A stretch of 58,902 bases of DNA, from positions 1-58,902 of the IMG/VR virus record IMGVR_UViG_3300020200_000033, one strand, 5' to 3'. Both the position numbers and the translations under genes were made by a program. The notes beneath the pieces are model-generated. The model was not told where the DNA came from. It did not search any database and was given only the letters and a program-made list of their open reading frames with translations. The stretch is from a virus (Duplodnaviria; Caudoviricetes). This document shows, one piece after another, positions 57,802-58,902 of the stretch (positions are counted from its first letter, which is position 1; every line of letters starts with the position of its first letter).

Positions 57802-58278
57802 TCAGTTCTTGCGAACGATAAACACTTTCTTCGCATCAGCATTCTTCGAGTCGGTGGCAGTCGGTGAACCGTTCTGAACGAATCGGACATACGCCAGAGT
57901 CTTCACCAGAGCGAGAGCGTTGCGCTCTTTCTGATTCAGTTTCTTCATCACTTCTTTCTCGCTCGTCAGATTCACGAATGTGAGAATGCGAGCCCTAACC
58001 GTGTTCTCTGGTCGGTTCGTGCTAACACGCTTCACATGGTTCTTGTGAACGATGGAATCCACCGATACCACGAACGCCTCATTAGCGAGACACCACGAAC
58101 GAGCGTCAGTCTCATTCTTCGGCATCACTTTCTTCGTGAAGAGTGCTTCACTCATCGCATTCAGAAGAACGAGCGACACATAGACACGCTTAGAGCGCAT
58201 CTCAGCCCGAACCTCATTCGTCTTGGTGATGACTGAAAGCATCAGTTTCACCCACTCTTTCTTACTCTTCTTACTCAC
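57802..58278 (-). CDS. Cassette 9: basic RPENTVR-family protein (paralog of cassette 7)
   Basis: ARSWC..VHKN..VS..RPENTVRAR; GAGGA RBS. Confidence 0.8.
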   Translation of the reverse strand: MSKKSKKEWVKLMLSVITKTNEVRAEMRSKRVYVSLVLLNAMSEALFTKKVMPKNETDARSWCLANEAFVVSVDSIVHKNHVKRVSTNRPENTVRARILTFVNLTSEKEVMKKLNQKERNALALVKTLAYVRFVQNGSPTATDSKNADAKKVFIVRKN

Positions 58279-58326
58279 TTCGTTATCCTCTCTCTTAGGG
58301 CTCGCCCGTTGCGAACCGTTGAGAGC

Positions 58327-58371
58327 ATTCTAGCCGACCCAGAAGAGCCTTGCTACACGAACGAATGTTCG
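58327..58371 (-). promoter_or_regulatory. Cassette 9 promoter with LexA (SOS) box
   Basis: CGAACGAATGTTCG (58358-58371)-TG-TAGCAA-N17-TAGAAT. Confidence 0.78.
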
Positions 58372-58594
58372 TATGATTACGCATAACTATACGAGCTGAC
58401 GCATAATAATACACTACGCATAAACATACACCGTAATGTATGATTACGCGATCTACCATAAACGGTACATCGGTGTAAGATTACGAATGCGTATTCCATT
58501 TCTGGTATGTACCATTTATGTCCCAACGGGTGCGTCTGCTACGTGAAACTGGGCAGCTCCACCCGCGGTATTATTACATAAAGGTGGATCGGTT

Positions 58595-58750
58595 GTAAAA
58601 TTACATGTTAAAAATGAGACACTCAAGGACACTACAAGGTTTGGTGTTGTAATCTTACATCCATTAAAAATGAGACACTCAAGGACATTATAAGGTTTGG
58701 TGCTGTAATATTACACATACTAAAAATGAGACCATAAACTGTAATGTTAC
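58595..58750. repeat. About 2.6 tandem 54-56-bp repeats, each starting with a GTAA box
   Basis: GTAANNTTAC..TAAAAATGAGACACTCAAGGACAYTAYAAGGTTTGGTGYT. Confidence 0.88.
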
Positions 58751-58828
58751 GCTGGGCGTGTTGGTCGTCAGACTGCGGGCTTGGTGTTGGTCGTCAGATT
58801 GCCCGCTCGACTGAACCCCATAACGCCA

Positions 58829-58864
58829 GAACCCCCGCCTACCCTTGCGGGCAAGCGGGGGTTC
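58829..58864 (-). terminator. Hairpin, probable terminator of a further cassette beyond the window
   Basis: GAACCCCCGC..GCGGGGGTTC with a GCAA loop on the minus strand. Confidence 0.5.
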
Positions 58865-58902
58865 GGGGGGGGGTTGTAGCGGGTGCTACTTGGTGCGGAA
58901 CA

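Larger units (their letters stand above)
51068..58750. repeat. Dispersed array of about 60 GTAANNTTAC palindromes plus variants, mainly in inter-cassette spacers
   Basis: Manual count, e.g. 51068, 51081, 51096, 51804, 53115, 53876, 54621, 55405, 56964, 58741. Confidence 0.95.

Noticed and set aside
58538-58552. Chromosomal parS site (CTACGTGAAAC)
   Set aside because: Only half matches GTTTCACGTGAAAC and it occurs once
53144-58565. Integron attC sites
   Set aside because: No consistent RYYYAAC/GTTRRRY ends, no integrase in the window, and the cassettes have their own promoters and mixed orientation
51068-58750. CRISPR array
   Set aside because: Repeats are 10 bp, irregularly spaced and interleaved with genes; there is no 25-40-bp repeat with unique spacers

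Overview
This is a 58.9-kb segment of a large, low-GC tailed dsDNA phage. The host is very probably an actinobacterium: there are two WhiB genes, TANNNT/extended -10 and leaderless promoters, and CGAAC-N4-GTTCG SOS boxes. From recall, the gene set resembles Streptomyces BE/BK-like and freshwater actinophages. Layout: (i) tail genes, 1-7.7 kb; (ii) replication/recombination module (HNH, metallophosphoesterase, WhiB, DnaB, DnaG, SSB, tRNA-Lys, DnaE, GT25, RecA, resolvases, C5 methyltransferase, Cas4-like nuclease), 7.7-25 kb; (iii) terminase subunits and a glycosyltransferase, 25-29 kb; (iv) a long co-directional run of small accessory genes with tRNA-Arg, KTSC, WhiB, ParB-like, GHKL-HExxH and SLT genes, 29-50.5 kb; (v) an 8-kb array of nine autonomous, higher-GC single-gene cassettes, 51-58.9 kb. 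Two things stand out. First, each cassette has its own sigma-A-type promoter, and in seven of nine a palindromic operator sits exactly 2 bp upstream of the -35 (a LexA box in three, an unknown RTMCCA-N4-TGGKAY box in four). The spacers carry about 60 GTAANNTTAC palindromes and constant-size hairpins, and the ORFs lack GATC/CCGG/GGCC/AGCT while the spacers keep them. Second, a 450-nt intergenic region at 41.95-42.39 kb folds into two candidate structured RNAs, one a two-fold pseudo-symmetric fold with complementary (kissing) loops. All family calls come from motif recognition by eye; no searches were run and all counts are manual.
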